Source: Eledone cirrhosa (taxonomy: Eukaryota). From it: 25,797 nt of DNA. The stretch is taken from positions 1-25,797 of the forward strand of contig CAXHJY010000930.1 in assembly GCA_964016885.1 (NCBI GenBank), in the 5' to 3' direction. Positions 11,329 to 25,041 of this stretch are shown here, piece by piece (positions within the stretch are counted from its first letter, which is position 1; the number at the start of each line of letters is the position of its first letter). A program made the translations under genes and the position numbers. The notes under the pieces are model-generated. The model was not told the DNA's origin, did no database searches, and saw only the letters and a list, made by a program, of their open reading frames with translations.

Positions 11329-11579
11329 GTTGGCATGTAAACATATTTTAATTAATAACTAAAACGAGTGCAAATTAGTTCGTCCTATTCAGAATAATAC
11401 TAAGAGCGAATGGATATATATATGCCCATCAAATATATGTTTCCTTGAGGTTGATGCCGCCTTATGATGATTGTCCAGTTAGATATAAAAATCGATTTAA
11501 TGTGTTTATCAAATTTTTAAATTAACAGGAAAATTCGTATTTTCTGACAAATTTACATAACTACATATTAGATATGTAT

Positions 11580-11725
11580 ATATAGATCTCTGTCTACCTA
11601 TCTACTTCTACTTATACGTGTCTATGTCAATCTTGTCTATCTATCAATCTGTCTATGTATCTATCTATCTATCTTTCTATCTGTCCATCATACTATAGAT
11701 CTATCTAACTATCCATCTATCAATC
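11580..11725. repeat. Degenerate (CTAT)n tetranucleotide repeat
   Basis: Direct reading. Confidence 0.7.
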
Positions 11726-12059
11726 AAAGGCGGGGAACCGGCAGTAATGTTCCTCTCTATTGGGAATTTCGATTGTTTTATTGTAATTCCTTATCGTTTA
11801 TACCTGTTGATGCAGTTTCGTTTGGGCAATCTTTTTATACAGATGTATTTTTATTAAATACTTAGACTGTGAGCACACCTATTAATATATATATATATAC
11901 AGGGCCGGTGGAACTGGGGGTGGGGCACATACCCCCCACACACACACACACACACCACCATCACTAATAGTTATATTTTTCTCCCCGAACTACCAAAACA
12001 CACATCTATTTTTATATGCACTACAATTTATGAACGTATGTAGAGATAGATGGGAGAGA

Positions 12060-12620
12060 TAGACATAGAGAGGGGGGGGGGGGGGAGTTTGGTGGTAATT
12101 GATATAGAGAGGAAGGTTAGGAGAGTGTTTTGTATATTAGATATATATAAAAGGGGAGAGTTTGGAGTTAATTGATATAGAGAGGGGTATTGGGAGAGAG
12201 TTCTGTGTAGTAGATATATAGAGGGGGAGGGCTTGGTGTTAACTGATATAGGGAGGGAGGAGAGTTTGGTGTTAATAGATATAGAGAAGGGTATTGGAAG
12301 AGGGTCACAATAGTAGATATAAGGAGAGGGAGAGTTTGGTGTTAATTGACACAGAGAGGGAGACTGGGAGAGATGATTGTAGGATTAATATAGTGAGGGG
12401 GGAGAGTCTGGTGCTAATGAATAGAGTGAGAGGATTGATAATATATAGAGGGCGAGAATTTGGTAGTGATGGATAGAGTAAGAGGGAATGAAAGAGTTTT
12501 GTATGGTAGATATAGAGAGGTGGTAGTTGATGGTAATTGATATAGAAAGAGGAGCTGGGAGAGAGTTTCGTGTAATAGAGAAGGGGAGAGTTTGGTGTTA
12601 ATAGATATAGAGAGGGGTAG
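12060..12620. repeat. Purine-rich degenerate minisatellite, about 70-bp period
   Basis: GGGAGAGTTTGGTGTTAATTGATATAGAGAGG-like core recurs at about 12085, 12158, 12229, 12262, 12332, 12404, 12456 and 12588. A G14 run lies at 12072-12085. Confidence 0.8.
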
Positions 12621-12765
12621 CTTTCAATACTTGCTTGATTTGAGGGGTTGGGAGAGACAAATATTGCTAAATATATACAGGGGGACGGGATGAGACATTG
12701 TTGTGAAATATATATATATATAAGTTTATATATATATATATAAGTTTATTAATATCGTATATCTA

Positions 12766-13352
12766 CTCTGGACTACTGCTCCCAGTTGTGGTCACCCCGT
12801 AGTGTCAAACTAACCACGGAGATTGGGGCAACACCAAGAGGATTGCCAAGATGAGGGAGACAAGCTACTGGGAGAGGCTAAAGGAACTGAACCTCTACTC
12901 CTTGGAGCGAAGACGGGAGAGATACGCAGTGATCTACATGTGGAAAATCCTGGAGGGACTAGCACCAAACTTTGGCATTGGGAGCTGGACCAACCGTCGA
13001 ACAGGACGTCACTTTGTGGTGCCAAAGGTCCCGTCTTCCACATCTAGAATAAAAAGCAGGTATTGCAATAGCCTGGGATTCAAGGGCCCTCAACTCTTCA
13101 ACAGGCTGCCGAGGCATCTGAGAGATTGCATGACGTGGAGGTGGATGACTTTAAGAAACATCTCGACACCTTGTTATCCAGGATCCCGGATGAGCCCACA
13201 GCAAGACACGAGGGAAACCTAAGGGCGTCAGCAACAAATTCCCTCTTACACCAGTGGCCAACCTATACAGGCTGGAGATAAAATGTGTAGCAACAAGGGC
13301 GGTGCCCCAGCATGGCCTCAGCCGGATGGCTGAAACAGGTAAAAGTGTAAAA
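12766..13352 (+). mobile_element. CR1-like LINE, 5'-truncated 3' end including the 3' UTR
   Basis: LDYCSQLWSP..TKRIAKMRETSYWERLKELNLYSLERRRERYAVIYMWKIL..GPQLFNRLP. The 3' end reads GGCGGTGCCCCAGCATGGCC..GGCTGAAAC followed by (GTAAAAG)2. Confidence 0.88.
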
Positions 13353-13356
13353 GAGT

Positions 13357-16674
<3,318 letters not shown>

Positions 16675-16859
16675 GATAAATCTACCAAGAGTTTACGGTA
16701 GTGTCCAATCCGTATGAAGAACTCAATGTATTCCGGATATCATGGAAAGAAAAGATGTAATGAAAATCCACTTTCGGTGAAAGATAAACGGTATACAGAG
16801 TCAAGATAAAATATTAAACAAATAATGAACAAACAATTCCTTATATTAAACAAAAAAAG

Positions 16860-17015
16860 TTCACTATTTAACGATCGTTTCTAGGGTATATATGTGTTAT
16901 AATTGGTATGCATATTCAACAGATCTATGTACAAAATTATACAAAATTATACAAATTATCAAGATTAAATATACATACCTAACACACTATATACGCCGTC
17001 TTCAGAAATAATGAA
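16860..17015 (-). ncRNA. Type I hammerhead ribozyme (Penelope pLTR type) with extended stem II
   Basis: Minus strand: UUCAUUAUUU-CUGAAGA-[stem II]-GAAA-C-GAUC-G-UU-AAAUAGUGAA. Stem I is 10 bp, stem III is minimal and palindromic, and the triplet is GUU. Predicted cut between 16870 and 16869. Confidence 0.8.
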
Positions 17016-17279
17016 GTATATTTATTGATAATAACAACAATTCAAAATATCAGTTTAAAATTGACCAATGAAAACACAAAGGGTTAAAAGCAGTTCGGTG
17101 TGTGTATATACATGTAAAATCCTTACACATATTTTACAATAATGTGTGTATAATTTGTATGCGCATACTAAAAGATGGATGCAAACACAAAATTTCAAGG
17201 TTAATATCTCTGTAAGCTTAATGCGCTGATAAGATGCGCATTGATACTTATGGAGTCAAGCATATAAATATATTTTTTC

Positions 17280-17824
17280 ATACTCACACATATCAGTATA
17301 AACACACATACATGCGCGTATATGCATAAATATACACATAACCACGAACATACAAACACACACACTCCCCCACTCACATTTATATATGTGGATATAAAAT
17401 CATAAGCACATAGAAATTAAGTCACTCACATAAAACACTGGCACACACATTTCAAGATCAAGATACAGAAATTTGGTGGGAGGGGGGGGAAGGGGTCAGT
17501 ATTCAATTGTCTGAGCAGACTGCCTAATATAAATGTATCTATAAATAAGAAAAATAAAAAAATAAAAACAATAAAAAATATAATATAATGTACATACACA
17601 TACAGATATATATACACATACATACATGTACGCGCACATAGAGATATTTACGCATACACACATACATATACAGTCATACACACACATACACTTACACGAA
17701 CATACACATACACATATAAAAAGATATATATATACACATACACACACACACGCGCAACACATACACACATACACATATATATAAAAAATAGATAATAAAG
17801 ATATATATCCATATATATATACAT

Positions 17825-17877
<53 letters not shown>

Positions 17878-17972
17878 TATACATATACATACACATACAT
17901 CTAAATATACACATACATACATACACACATACATGTACATACATGTACATACATATACGCACATCGATATAC

Positions 17973-18011
<39 letters not shown>

Positions 18012-18351
18012 CACTCACATAGACATAAAGATACATACACACACAACTTACATACACACGTATATATATATATATATAGAAGTACCTTCATACATAGAAT
18101 TAGATATATAATCATACATACATATGCACCTACTTATACTCATATAAATAAATACATACGCTTCCATATATGTGTATATACATAAAAAAAATACCACCTC
18201 ACCAAACTCAGACATACAAATGAAAATAATAATAAAAAAACGCATATGTATATACATACACACACGCATTAATAGAGATATATATATATATACACACACA
18301 TACATACACATATATATATATATACATACACACACACATATATACACATAC

Positions 18352-18399
<48 letters not shown>

Positions 18400-18408
18400 T
18401 CACATAGA

Positions 18409-18463
<55 letters not shown>

Positions 18464-19400
18464 ATATATATCCACATACTCATACCACCATAAATATACA
18501 TACAAACACCCACATGCATATATATATATATATCTATATACACACACGTATACACATATATATATATATACACATATATATATATATATATACACACACA
18601 TAAAAAACAGACATGCACATATATATATATATATATATATTTCATTACTCTTATATATACACATATTATATATACATACACAACCTCACTTATACACATA
18701 TACACATAAGTTATATTACAATAATAATAAAGAATAATATACATATATATATATACATATACATATATATATATATATATATATACATACATACATACAC
18801 ATACATACATACACATAAATATATACATACATAAATACACACATACGAATAAAGACATATATTCACACGTAGACACCTATATATATATATATATATATAT
18901 CTATATATATATATATACACATATATATACATATATATATACACATACACACACACACACACACACAGACACACATACACACTCACATATATATATATAT
19001 ATATGTGTATGTGAGTGTGCGCACATACACATATATACACACACACATACAAACACACACAAACACATACATATGCATACGTGCACACACACACACATAT
19101 ATCACATAGATACGAAGATAAACATATAAATAGAGAGACATACATATATATACACAACACATATACACATACATACATACACGCATATACATATACATAC
19201 ATATATACACATATATATATTCCTATATATACAAGCATACACATACATACACATACATACACATACATACACATATATATACAACACATTCACATACACA
19301 TACATATATAATACATATATATACATATATATACATACATATGTATGTACAATCATATATACACACACAATCTTACATTCATATTTGCATGCTCATATAT
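17280..19400. repeat. Complex TA/CA low-complexity tract with strand bias (CA on +, TG on -)
   Basis: Mosaic of (TA)n, (CA)n, (TACA)n and (CATATA)n. It is the source of many spurious ORFs. Confidence 0.9.
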
Positions 19401-20673
19401 GTATTTTCATATTTAGATATAAATACCCAAACCTATATAGATACCTACCTACATATATAATCATACATAGACGCTTACAAATACAGATGATAATAGTATG
19501 GGGGAAAGGGGGGGGTTTGGAGAAGGGGATCAAAGTAAATATATGTTTCAAGAAACATATAATATTTTCCGTATCTTAATTCAATGTATGTTCTTACATA
19601 TTTTAGTGCTAGGAAATACGAAATCTATGCATCTCAAAACAAATAAGTATACCATTAATCATATGTTAACTAAACCAAAGATAGTCAACATATTGATTTC
19701 TAAGGTGTAAATTAGTTAGGTTTATAATATTTGAAGCAGAATTTTGAAGTCAAACAGTAGTAGATTATTAATTACATTATAACTAAATTAAAGTTAATAA
19801 CGTTATGGTATCAATATTAGGAGATGAATTTAGTAATAGGGAAAAGAAACCCAAATAAAAATAAAATAAAATAAAGTATTACATCGGTAGTAGCATTTAA
19901 ATTATATGTTAACTAAATTAAAAATTATATATTTATTTCAATAGTATACTTTAATTAGTATATGTTAATTAGGTATACAATACATAAAGCAGATATTGTA
20001 TTTCATCAATAGCATAATATAATTATATGCAAATAAAAATCAAAATTAATACGCATACATATACATATACATACACATACACATATACATACATATACAC
20101 ACATATATATATATATATATACATATATATACATATATACATATATACACACATAAACATACATACAGATACACATACACAACGCACACATATACATATA
20201 CATATACATATACATATCTTATTCAAAAAATTGCACAGAATATATTAACTAGGTATATATCCAAAACACATCCCATTCTATGATTACATGACATTCTGCA
20301 ATTCGTCTGTATAAGGATACTAATTTTAAGCGAATTAAAATTAAAGTTTTAGGTTGATTAAAACTAAAACCAAATAATAAATATATTTCCAAAATGTATA
20401 TTAATTAGGTCTATAATACTAAAAATTCTTTCTCCGTCATTGGATACATGATATTATTTTGTTATATTTTATCTGTAAAAGAATTATAATAAAAGGTTTA
20501 AATAAATTAAAATTAATCTATAAATTAAATTACTAAGTATATATTAGTAATATTTAAAGGTTTTTCACAATTTATGATTACATAATAATTTCTCAACTGT
20601 AATAAAATATTAATTAAATTAAATTTATAAGTTAACTAACATTTAAATTAAATTAATTTCTAGAATAATGTTA

Positions 20674-22881
20674 TTAATTAGGTTTATAATATTTAAATGT
20701 TTTTTTTAGTTTATGATTACACGATATAATTAATTCCTGTCGTTTATTTAATAAGATATCCTTAGACTTCATTATTTCAAATAGTTCTTGGGAACATAAT
20801 CTACATTCCTTTCTATTATTTTGATAAGGGGTGGCTCTTTTGAGCACACTCCAGGTCAAATCATATTTTATATTCTTATTTTTATAACTATTGATTTTTT
20901 CTGCTAGAGATGTTGTATTAGCCAGTGCGGCATTTTTAAAACTATGTTTGTGGGTATTAAACCTTGTCTTAAAATTGTTAGAGGTAGCTCCTATATATGA
21001 GCAAATAGAATCTTTAGTTTTAACATTACATTTATAGACTATGTTGTTAACAAGACAATTCCCTTTTAATGGGCAGTTTGTTTTGTTTCTACAGTTACAT
21101 CCTTTCGTTAATTCTGTATTTGAGGAGATATTATTGTTAATTTGATGTACTGGTGGTATACTTATGGTTTTCTTACATTTATATGCATTATATGCACTTA
21201 TATTTTGTTTTATGTTATTTGTTGTAGAGTATGAGAATTTAACTGTAGACCTATTTAAGATTTGATGGTATTTGTGGTTTGGCGGGAAGTTTTTCTCAAG
21301 GATATAAAAAAATTTTTTAGCAATATTATCCTTAACTTGTAAATTAAAAGGAGCATTATACCAAGTAACTCGTCTATTACGGTTTCTATGTTGTTTATTA
21401 TTTTTATTATTTTTATAGGTTGTATCATGATTTTTACTAGGAGGATTAATGTTAATGATCTCACCACAACTATTTTTAGTTATATTTGTAGATTTAGGTG
21501 TTTTATCTTTTTTATTAGGAGTTTTATTATTAATATTTATTATAGTTGTATGATGAGTAGTTTTTTGAGGGTTACTATACTTTATATTAGAAGATTTAGT
21601 ATTTTGGGGTATATTGTGGGTGGCATTTAGGTGTGTACTTTTCATTTGGTGTTTGTTGGTAATATTATGCTGTATGCTTTCAGTATTTTTAGTAGAAGGT
21701 ATATACTCTAATCTATTTTTGTGGCCACTTCTATCTAGAGCTTCATTATAAAAGGTCGCATTTTTATCAAATACATCTTGGTTAGAAGAAAGGTTAGAAA
21801 TTCTAAGTGATATATTATATGCAAGGTTTTTAAGGATAGATTTAGGGTGATTAGATTGTGAGTGTATGTAATGTAAGTTTTGGTTAGGTTTATGGTAAGG
21901 TTGGTATATACCCGTAGCTAAATCTAAAGTTATATCTAGGAAATTTACTACTTTACTTGTTTTTTCAAAAGTAATATTAAGATTATAATAGTCTTTAAGG
22001 AAAGTTCTAATATGTTTTTTGTTTTTTTCGATTTCTGAAAGGCTAAGGTTGTTAGAAAGAAGAAGACAGTCATCACGATATAAACCACCTTTGAGGTGGG
22101 GAAAAGAGGCATTTATGTTGAAAAGGAGAAAGAGGCCCACAAGATCAGTAATTTGGGCGGAATCGCTTGAACCCATAGTAATATCAAAAAGATTACTGTA
22201 TGTGTTTCTGGTCCAGTATTCATTCTGAAATTCAATAAGTGTTAGTCTAGCATGTGTAATAATGTTAATGTCATCCGAAGTTAAATTAGATCTATTTTTA
22301 GCAAATATTAATGCTTTGTTCAGGAGTATGGGTGATATAGAAGAATAGTAATTATCTATATCAAATTGTAGGAAAGAAGCAGAAGATTTACACCTAATAT
22401 TTTTAAACCAATTAATTACCTGGGAGGTGTTTTCCCAGAGTGGTAAAATAACGTATTTTCTTATTTGTGGGATGACTCTATCTAAAATTTTTTTGCTAAT
22501 TATTCCAATATCTGATTTGGAGGGACATATAAGTCTAATAGAAGGATTAGAGTTAAAGTTAGATTTGTGATCTTTCAGGTTGAAGTGTGGTCTTTTCAAT
22601 GCCAAAGGTTCAGTTCTATCTTCAATGTTTAGTTTTTTTACTATGTTGTGTGTTTTGTTGTTGATGTTGGTGAGTGACACATTATTAGATTTTTTATAAT
22701 TTTTTCTGAGTTCTTTATATATGAACTCATTATAATGTTCAATATCCATATGATACAAGTTACCAGTTTTGTCCGAGTGGACATGGATTTTTTTAGACTT
22801 TTTTAGGTCCAATAGGGTAGAATCAAGGTCCTTTTGAAAGACGGATTTATACTTTTTAAAAAGTATAAATCCGTCTTTCAA
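20674..22881 (-). CDS. Penelope-like reverse transcriptase / GIY-YIG endonuclease, 5'-truncated (genuine coding ends at about the axis, 22857)
   Basis: Its 735-aa translation is identical to the + copy. Motifs: SDKTGNLY, FLQFDIDNYYSSI, ITMGS, LYRDD, VNFLDITLDL, YHKPN..YIHSQSNHP, WYNAPF, CNCx5Cx5C, IVY..YIG, FKTRFNTH, CRLCSQE, LLNKRQEL. Confidence 0.92.
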   Translation of the reverse strand: MKDGFILFKKYKSVFQKDLDSTLLDLKKSKKIHVHSDKTGNLYHMDIEHYNEFIYKELRKNYKKSNNVSLTNINNKTHNIVKKLNIEDRTEPLALKRPHFNLKDHKSNFNSNPSIRLICPSKSDIGIISKKILDRVIPQIRKYVILPLWENTSQVINWFKNIRCKSSASFLQFDIDNYYSSISPILLNKALIFAKNRSNLTSDDINIITHARLTLIEFQNEYWTRNTYSNLFDITMGSSDSAQITDLVGLFLLFNINASFPHLKGGLYRDDCLLLSNNLSLSEIEKNKKHIRTFLKDYYNLNITFEKTSKVVNFLDITLDLATGIYQPYHKPNQNLHYIHSQSNHPKSILKNLAYNISLRISNLSSNQDVFDKNATFYNEALDRSGHKNRLEYIPSTKNTESIQHNITNKHQMKSTHLNATHNIPQNTKSSNIKYSNPQKTTHHTTIININNKTPNKKDKTPKSTNITKNSCGEIININPPSKNHDTTYKNNKNNKQHRNRNRRVTWYNAPFNLQVKDNIAKKFFYILEKNFPPNHKYHQILNRSTVKFSYSTTNNIKQNISAYNAYKCKKTISIPPVHQINNNISSNTELTKGCNCRNKTNCPLKGNCLVNNIVYKCNVKTKDSICSYIGATSNNFKTRFNTHKHSFKNAALANTTSLAEKINSYKNKNIKYDLTWSVLKRATPYQNNRKECRLCSQELFEIMKSKDILLNKRQELIISCNHKLKKTFKYYKPN

Positions 22882-25041
22882 AAGGACCTTGATTCTACCC
22901 TATTGGACCTAAAAAAGTCTAAAAAAATCCATGTCCACTCGGACAAAACTGGTAACTTGTATCATATGGATATTGAACATTATAATGAGTTCATATATAA
23001 AGAACTCAGAAAAAATTATAAAAAATCTAATAATGTGTCACTCACCAACATCAACAACAAAACACACAACATAGTAAAAAAACTAAACATTGAAGATAGA
23101 ACTGAACCTTTGGCATTGAAAAGACCACACTTCAACCTGAAAGATCACAAATCTAACTTTAACTCTAATCCTTCTATTAGACTTATATGTCCCTCCAAAT
23201 CAGATATTGGAATAATTAGCAAAAAAATTTTAGATAGAGTCATCCCACAAATAAGAAAATACGTTATTTTACCACTCTGGGAAAACACCTCCCAGGTAAT
23301 TAATTGGTTTAAAAATATTAGGTGTAAATCTTCTGCTTCTTTCCTACAATTTGATATAGATAATTACTATTCTTCTATATCACCCATACTCCTGAACAAA
23401 GCATTAATATTTGCTAAAAATAGATCTAATTTAACTTCGGATGACATTAACATTATTACACATGCTAGACTAACACTTATTGAATTTCAGAATGAATACT
23501 GGACCAGAAACACATACAGTAATCTTTTTGATATTACTATGGGTTCAAGCGATTCCGCCCAAATTACTGATCTTGTGGGCCTCTTTCTCCTTTTCAACAT
23601 AAATGCCTCTTTTCCCCACCTCAAAGGTGGTTTATATCGTGATGACTGTCTTCTTCTTTCTAACAACCTTAGCCTTTCAGAAATCGAAAAAAACAAAAAA
23701 CATATTAGAACTTTCCTTAAAGACTATTATAATCTTAATATTACTTTTGAAAAAACAAGTAAAGTAGTAAATTTCCTAGATATAACTTTAGATTTAGCTA
23801 CGGGTATATACCAACCTTACCATAAACCTAACCAAAACTTACATTACATACACTCACAATCTAATCACCCTAAATCTATCCTTAAAAACCTTGCATATAA
23901 TATATCACTTAGAATTTCTAACCTTTCTTCTAACCAAGATGTATTTGATAAAAATGCGACCTTTTATAATGAAGCTCTAGATAGAAGTGGCCACAAAAAT
24001 AGATTAGAGTATATACCTTCTACTAAAAATACTGAAAGCATACAGCATAATATTACCAACAAACACCAAATGAAAAGTACACACCTAAATGCCACCCACA
24101 ATATACCCCAAAATACTAAATCTTCTAATATAAAGTATAGTAACCCTCAAAAAACTACTCATCATACAACTATAATAAATATTAATAATAAAACTCCTAA
24201 TAAAAAAGATAAAACACCTAAATCTACAAATATAACTAAAAATAGTTGTGGTGAGATCATTAACATTAATCCTCCTAGTAAAAATCATGATACAACCTAT
24301 AAAAATAATAAAAATAATAAACAACATAGAAACCGTAATAGACGAGTTACTTGGTATAATGCTCCTTTTAATTTACAAGTTAAGGATAATATTGCTAAAA
24401 AATTTTTTTATATCCTTGAGAAAAACTTCCCGCCAAACCACAAATACCATCAAATCTTAAATAGGTCTACAGTTAAATTCTCATACTCTACAACAAATAA
24501 CATAAAACAAAATATAAGTGCATATAATGCATATAAATGTAAGAAAACCATAAGTATACCACCAGTACATCAAATTAACAATAATATCTCCTCAAATACA
24601 GAATTAACGAAAGGATGTAACTGTAGAAACAAAACAAACTGCCCATTAAAAGGGAATTGTCTTGTTAACAACATAGTCTATAAATGTAATGTTAAAACTA
24701 AAGATTCTATTTGCTCATATATAGGAGCTACCTCTAACAATTTTAAGACAAGGTTTAATACCCACAAACATAGTTTTAAAAATGCCGCACTGGCTAATAC
24801 AACATCTCTAGCAGAAAAAATCAATAGTTATAAAAATAAGAATATAAAATATGATTTGACCTGGAGTGTGCTCAAAAGAGCCACCCCTTATCAAAATAAT
24901 AGAAAGGAATGTAGATTATGTTCCCAAGAACTATTTGAAATAATGAAGTCTAAGGATATCTTATTAAATAAACGACAGGAATTAATTATATCGTGTAATC
25001 ATAAACTAAAAAAAACATTTAAATATTATAAACCTAATTAA
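22834..25041 (+). CDS. Penelope-like reverse transcriptase / GIY-YIG endonuclease, 5'-truncated (genuine coding from about 22858)
   Basis: DKT at 22942, RT motif A at 23341, YRDD at 23635-23646, CxCx5Cx5C at 24616-24660, IVY at 24673, YIG at 24718, KECRLCSQE at 24904-24930. No stops or frameshifts. The nominal TTG start lies in the mirror arm and the first ATG is at 22966. Confidence 0.92.
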   Translation: MKDGFILFKKYKSVFQKDLDSTLLDLKKSKKIHVHSDKTGNLYHMDIEHYNEFIYKELRKNYKKSNNVSLTNINNKTHNIVKKLNIEDRTEPLALKRPHFNLKDHKSNFNSNPSIRLICPSKSDIGIISKKILDRVIPQIRKYVILPLWENTSQVINWFKNIRCKSSASFLQFDIDNYYSSISPILLNKALIFAKNRSNLTSDDINIITHARLTLIEFQNEYWTRNTYSNLFDITMGSSDSAQITDLVGLFLLFNINASFPHLKGGLYRDDCLLLSNNLSLSEIEKNKKHIRTFLKDYYNLNITFEKTSKVVNFLDITLDLATGIYQPYHKPNQNLHYIHSQSNHPKSILKNLAYNISLRISNLSSNQDVFDKNATFYNEALDRSGHKNRLEYIPSTKNTESIQHNITNKHQMKSTHLNATHNIPQNTKSSNIKYSNPQKTTHHTTIININNKTPNKKDKTPKSTNITKNSCGEIININPPSKNHDTTYKNNKNNKQHRNRNRRVTWYNAPFNLQVKDNIAKKFFYILEKNFPPNHKYHQILNRSTVKFSYSTTNNIKQNISAYNAYKCKKTISIPPVHQINNNISSNTELTKGCNCRNKTNCPLKGNCLVNNIVYKCNVKTKDSICSYIGATSNNFKTRFNTHKHSFKNAALANTTSLAEKINSYKNKNIKYDLTWSVLKRATPYQNNRKECRLCSQELFEIMKSKDILLNKRQELIISCNHKLKKTFKYYKPN

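Larger units (their letters stand above)
16672..22857 (-). mobile_element. Penelope-like retroelement, left copy: 5'-truncated ORF plus about 4 kb 3' region ending at the TA array
   Basis: RT-GIY-YIG ORF, a same-strand hammerhead at 16860-17015, and an abrupt junction with (TA)n at 16671/16672. Including 17016-19915 in the element is inferred. Confidence 0.75.

Noticed and set aside
22834-22857. TTG start and N-terminus MKDGFILF of the 735-aa proteins
   Set aside because: It lies across the symmetry axis and is the reverse complement of the partner ORF, so it is not a real initiation site.
20674-25041. Prokaryotic RT system (retron, group II intron, DGR, defence RT) or telomerase
   Set aside because: The context is eukaryotic and spliceosomal. 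The DKT, YxKP..SxHP and C-terminal GIY-YIG features identify a Penelope-like element.
22858-25041. Selenoprotein-type Naiad element
   Set aside because: There is no in-frame TGA, and the endonuclease is C-terminal rather than N-terminal.
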